Shown in pieces: positions 60,588 to 64,000 of a stretch of DNA of 64,000 bases (position 1 is its first letter; each line of letters begins with the position of its first letter). Source of the stretch: Vitrella brassicaformis CCMP3155 (taxonomy: Eukaryota; Protista; Chromerida); contig CDMY01000318.1 in assembly GCA_001179505.1 (NCBI GenBank), forward strand, positions 59,215 to 123,214, given 5' to 3'. Position numbers and translations under genes: made by a program. The notes under the pieces were generated by a model. That model worked only from the letters and a program-made list of their open reading frames with translations. It did not search any database and had not been told where the DNA came from.

Positions 60588-61990
60588 CAAGACGGCAACG
60601 GAGGTACGCATCACAGCACAGCACAAATTCCCTGGCTCCTGTCGATCTGCCTCACTTGTGTCTGATTGTGTGTGTGTGTGTGTGTCTGTGTTGATCAGGT
60701 AGCGACGAGTACTCGGAGTGACTCGTAAGGCGGACACGGCAATGGGGGCAAGAAGAGCTGTCGAGGCTGTCGAGTGCCCACATACAGACAGTGTGATGAT
60801 ACGTGCATCGGTGCGTGGGGGTGGAGAACAGATGGCCTTCATGGCTGGCTGGCTGTTGGGGGCTATGGTGTGTGAGAGTGTGGCCGCATGTTGAGAAGAA
60901 TTGAGCAGCCCACCAGCCGAGCCGCTGCGTGTGGGTCTACACACGGGTTTTGTTTTGGCAGTGAGAGTGCGAGGCGCCACACAGACCCATATGGACTGTC
61001 TGACGAGGGAGGGAAACCAGGAAGGGACGCAGCACGTCCCTGACCTTGTCTTCCGACACACACACACACACACACAGAGCATCCTCTCTCTCTCTCATCC
61101 ATACGTCGACTCTTTGTGTACAGCACACACACGCGTTAGAGCTTTGTATGTATGGATTGGATGTCCATTTTTGGCGGGGCCGACTGTGTGCGCACGGGTG
61201 CAATTGACCGGTTGAAGCACTCATCTATCTTTTAATGAGGGGTGTGTTAGACTCAGAGGACAGAGGAGCGCACCCAATCGATGTAGGACCACCTGCTGAC
61301 AGAGAGGGAGGGAGGGAGTGGTGTTAGCAAGACCATCCATTCATCGCATTGTTTGCTCCATACAGACAGACATGGCAGTGTGTGTTTCACACTCGTTGCC
61401 CATCCACTCACACTTCACCACACCACACAGACAGACCGCGGCCATGCAGTCAGTCATTTTTGCCTTAGTGTTGGTCGGGGCGGCTTCCTCTCTCTCTGTG
61501 CGTGTCGCTTTGACTTCATATCTTTGTGACCCTCTGCATGGCACTCGGTACGGTCGCCGAGGCGCTTTTGCTGAGGGCTTTCGTGTGCACAGCCAGACAC
61601 ACTGACTGGAGTGATGCGCTCCACTCCTCCTTATTGCTCGTGGTGTGGGGATGGATGGCCATGTGCTCATGACAGGTGGGTCTCTGCTGCCTTGATTGCC
61701 TCAGTTTGGCTCTCTCCCGTCCCCCTCCCTCTCTCCCTCCCTCCCTCCCTCCCTCTGTCTGTCTGTCTGTCTGTCTCTGTGTGTCCGTATTTGTATGTCC
61801 TCTGTACACCAATACAGACGTATGTACATACGAACACACATTAGGTGTATACACATCACACATTCCTGCGTCCACGACCTCCTTCTCGGACTGTGTGGCC
61901 TGTTCGTGGCTTCCTCTCTGCTGACGATGGCTGGCTTCTCTCTCTCTCTCTCTCTCTCCGTGAATGAATGGCTGGATCGGCCTCTTTCGC

Positions 61991-62290
61991 NNNNNNNNNN
62001 NNNNNNNNNNNNNNNNNNNNNNNNNNNNNNNNNNNNNNNNNNNNNNNNNNNNNNNNNNNNNNNNNNNNNNNNNNNNNNNNNNNNNNNNNNNNNNNNNNNN
62101 NNNNNNNNNNNNNNNNNNNNNNNNNNNNNNNNNNNNNNNNNNNNNNNNNNNNNNNNNNNNNNNNNNNNNNNNNNNNNNNNNNNNNNNNNNNNNNNNNNNN
62201 NNNNNNNNNNNNNNNNNNNNNNNNNNNNNNNNNNNNNNNNNNNNNNNNNNNNNNNNNNNNNNNNNNNNNNNNNNNNNNNNNNNNNNNNNN
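61991..62290. other. Assembly gap (300 N)
   Basis: Run of N. Confidence 1.
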
Positions 62291-62829
62291 GGCAAGCTTG
62301 GATGGAGTCTCCAAGTTCTTGTTGAATCTCTCCAGCTCGCATGCAGAGAAAGAGCCCTTTCACTCCATCCTTCTCTTCTCGGCGAGATTTCTCGACGCGA
62401 GAGACAAGACACTTTATTTGATGAATGTAGCCCATTTCTTGAGCACCGCCGCGCTTTTCCTCCTCATCGGCCTTCTCGCGGCCACAGCTCCTCCATTTCC
62501 TTTTCGTTCGGGCTGCTTGTCGTCCTATGTGGCTCGCCTAAGCCCCTCCCAAGCCTCCAGCTTGTCCGGATGTCAGCCGTCACTTCTTCCTTGCGCCTCC
62601 AGCTGACGGGGAGCCCTCAGACCTTGGTGCGGCCGCCTACCCAGAGCCTGGCGACTGTTGAGAGCGCGGTGTCTTCTTTCTCCCTCGTGGAAGCCTCCGT
62701 CAGGTCAGTTTATCTGTCTGTAGTGATGTGGTGGTGCGTGCGCCTTGTGTGGGGTGGTGCACAGTGACCGTTGTGTGCACACGCCTGTTGGTCACTCCTG
62801 ACGTGTGCGCTCACACACCTGCCTGCTGC

Positions 62830-63940
62830 GTCTGTGTGCAGATGAGTTTTTGAAAAAAGGCCGTCTCATCTCTCGACACAATCTCTCGGTAAGTGTATCA
62901 GTAAGCCGATTCTTCATTTTCCAGTGTCGAACAGAAAGCTTGATGCCGCTGGTCTCGCCTCAGGTGCACGCACCAGTCGTGTTGAGAGCTCTTGGAGGGA
63001 GCTCAGCGTAGCCGCGGATCATCGCACTCGAAAGCCTGTCAATCTGCATCAGACCTGCGAGGTGCGCATAGAAGAGCTTCTGTTTGCGGAGGGGTGGGGT
63101 GCACGAGCAGGACAGTGCTGTATGTGGTGTGTTGTCTTAAGTGTCTGTGCGCGTGCCGCAGCTTGATATTGGTGTTGGTTTGCTGAAGAACCACAAGGTG
63201 ATCCGCCCACAGTGCCCTCCCTCAAAGCAGCAGAACATCCTCAAAGCAGCAAGAGAAGGAGAAGGAAAGAATGTCTATTCAGACGGATGTTCCAAATCAC
63301 CAAAGAAATCGACAGTGTCCGACGCCGGCAACGGCTCTCAAAGAAATTGTCAGATTCACATCCTGTTCCACATCAAGAAGCTCAGGCGAGAAATATTCCT
63401 GTGGAAGAGACCGTCAGAAAGATGAGGCGACATGGTATGGTCTGGGTTGCGGAGACATCGGCATCAGGCTGGACAAGCGGGACTTCGCCACCGACGTAAG
63501 AAGCATGCTGCAAAAGGCTCTGTATGTATGTGTGTCCAGCGTCCCCGGCTGGAAGTTAGATGTGGAAGTCAGACGCAATGACGAAGAGGAATCCACCTTA
63601 AGGCGGCTGGTTGCAAGAGACACATGCACAGCACCGTCGGCTGTGTTGCGTACAGGTCGGTGAATGAGAAACTAGCAAGCACAGGATACTCACATCCAGA
63701 CCTCTTATGCTCGCTGTTCCTTCTTTCCTTCTGCAGGATGGTGACGCGACGGCCGAGGCCGGAGGTCATCAGGCTGAGGCGACGGCCCCCACCGCTCCCC
63801 CAACTGCCCGCCTGGCCAGCGGGAGCAGCGCAGAAGCTGGCTTGGGCAGCTGCTGAGGCCTTGTCGGTGGCCTTCCCGAAAACCACCGAGTTCGTCAAGG
63901 ACGCCTTCCCCAGAACTGCCGCCCACCTGCGAGGGGTACG
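62830..63940 (-). CDS. Possible exons of a gene entering from beyond the window end
   Basis: AG/GT-bounded segments with protein-like translations (WAAVLGKASLTNSVVFGKATDK...RRVTILQKERRNSEHKR; LMQIDRLSSAMIRGYAELPPRALNTT). No consistent model could be built. Confidence 0.3.
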
Positions 63941-64000
63941 ACAGATACACACGTGAATACATCACGGAACCACCACATCCATTCGTGTATCCCTGCACTC

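Noticed and set aside
61444-61700. Signal-peptide-like start MQSVIFALVLVGAASSLS before the second gap
   Set aside because: Could not be extended into a convincing gene because of early stops and the adjacent N gap.

Overview
Gene-dense, GC-rich eukaryotic genomic DNA with many short GT-AG introns packed with (GT/CA)n, (GTCT)n and (GGAT)n microsatellites, and two 300-N scaffold gaps. Intron style, gene content and one lineage-specific gene family point to a chromerid alveolate, most likely Vitrella brassicaformis (inference). About 17 spliced genes were reconstructed by eye, so exon boundaries are approximate. Recognisable genes: SECIS-binding protein 2, CWC21/SRRM2-like SR protein, 60S acidic protein P1, a GPS-domain polycystin-1-like receptor, an LRR/Cys-repeat multipass receptor, a USP25/28-like deubiquitinase, a START lipid-transfer protein, proteasome beta-7, a cryptochrome/photolyase and peptide:N-glycanase. 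The most striking candidate is a single spliced gene (11422-15783, minus) that joins an organelle-targeting leader, a YbaK/ProX tRNA-editing domain, an OB-fold and an intact DEDDy 3'-5' exonuclease, which suggests an organellar tRNA/RNA surveillance enzyme. No rRNA, tRNA, CRISPR array or recognisable transposase was seen.
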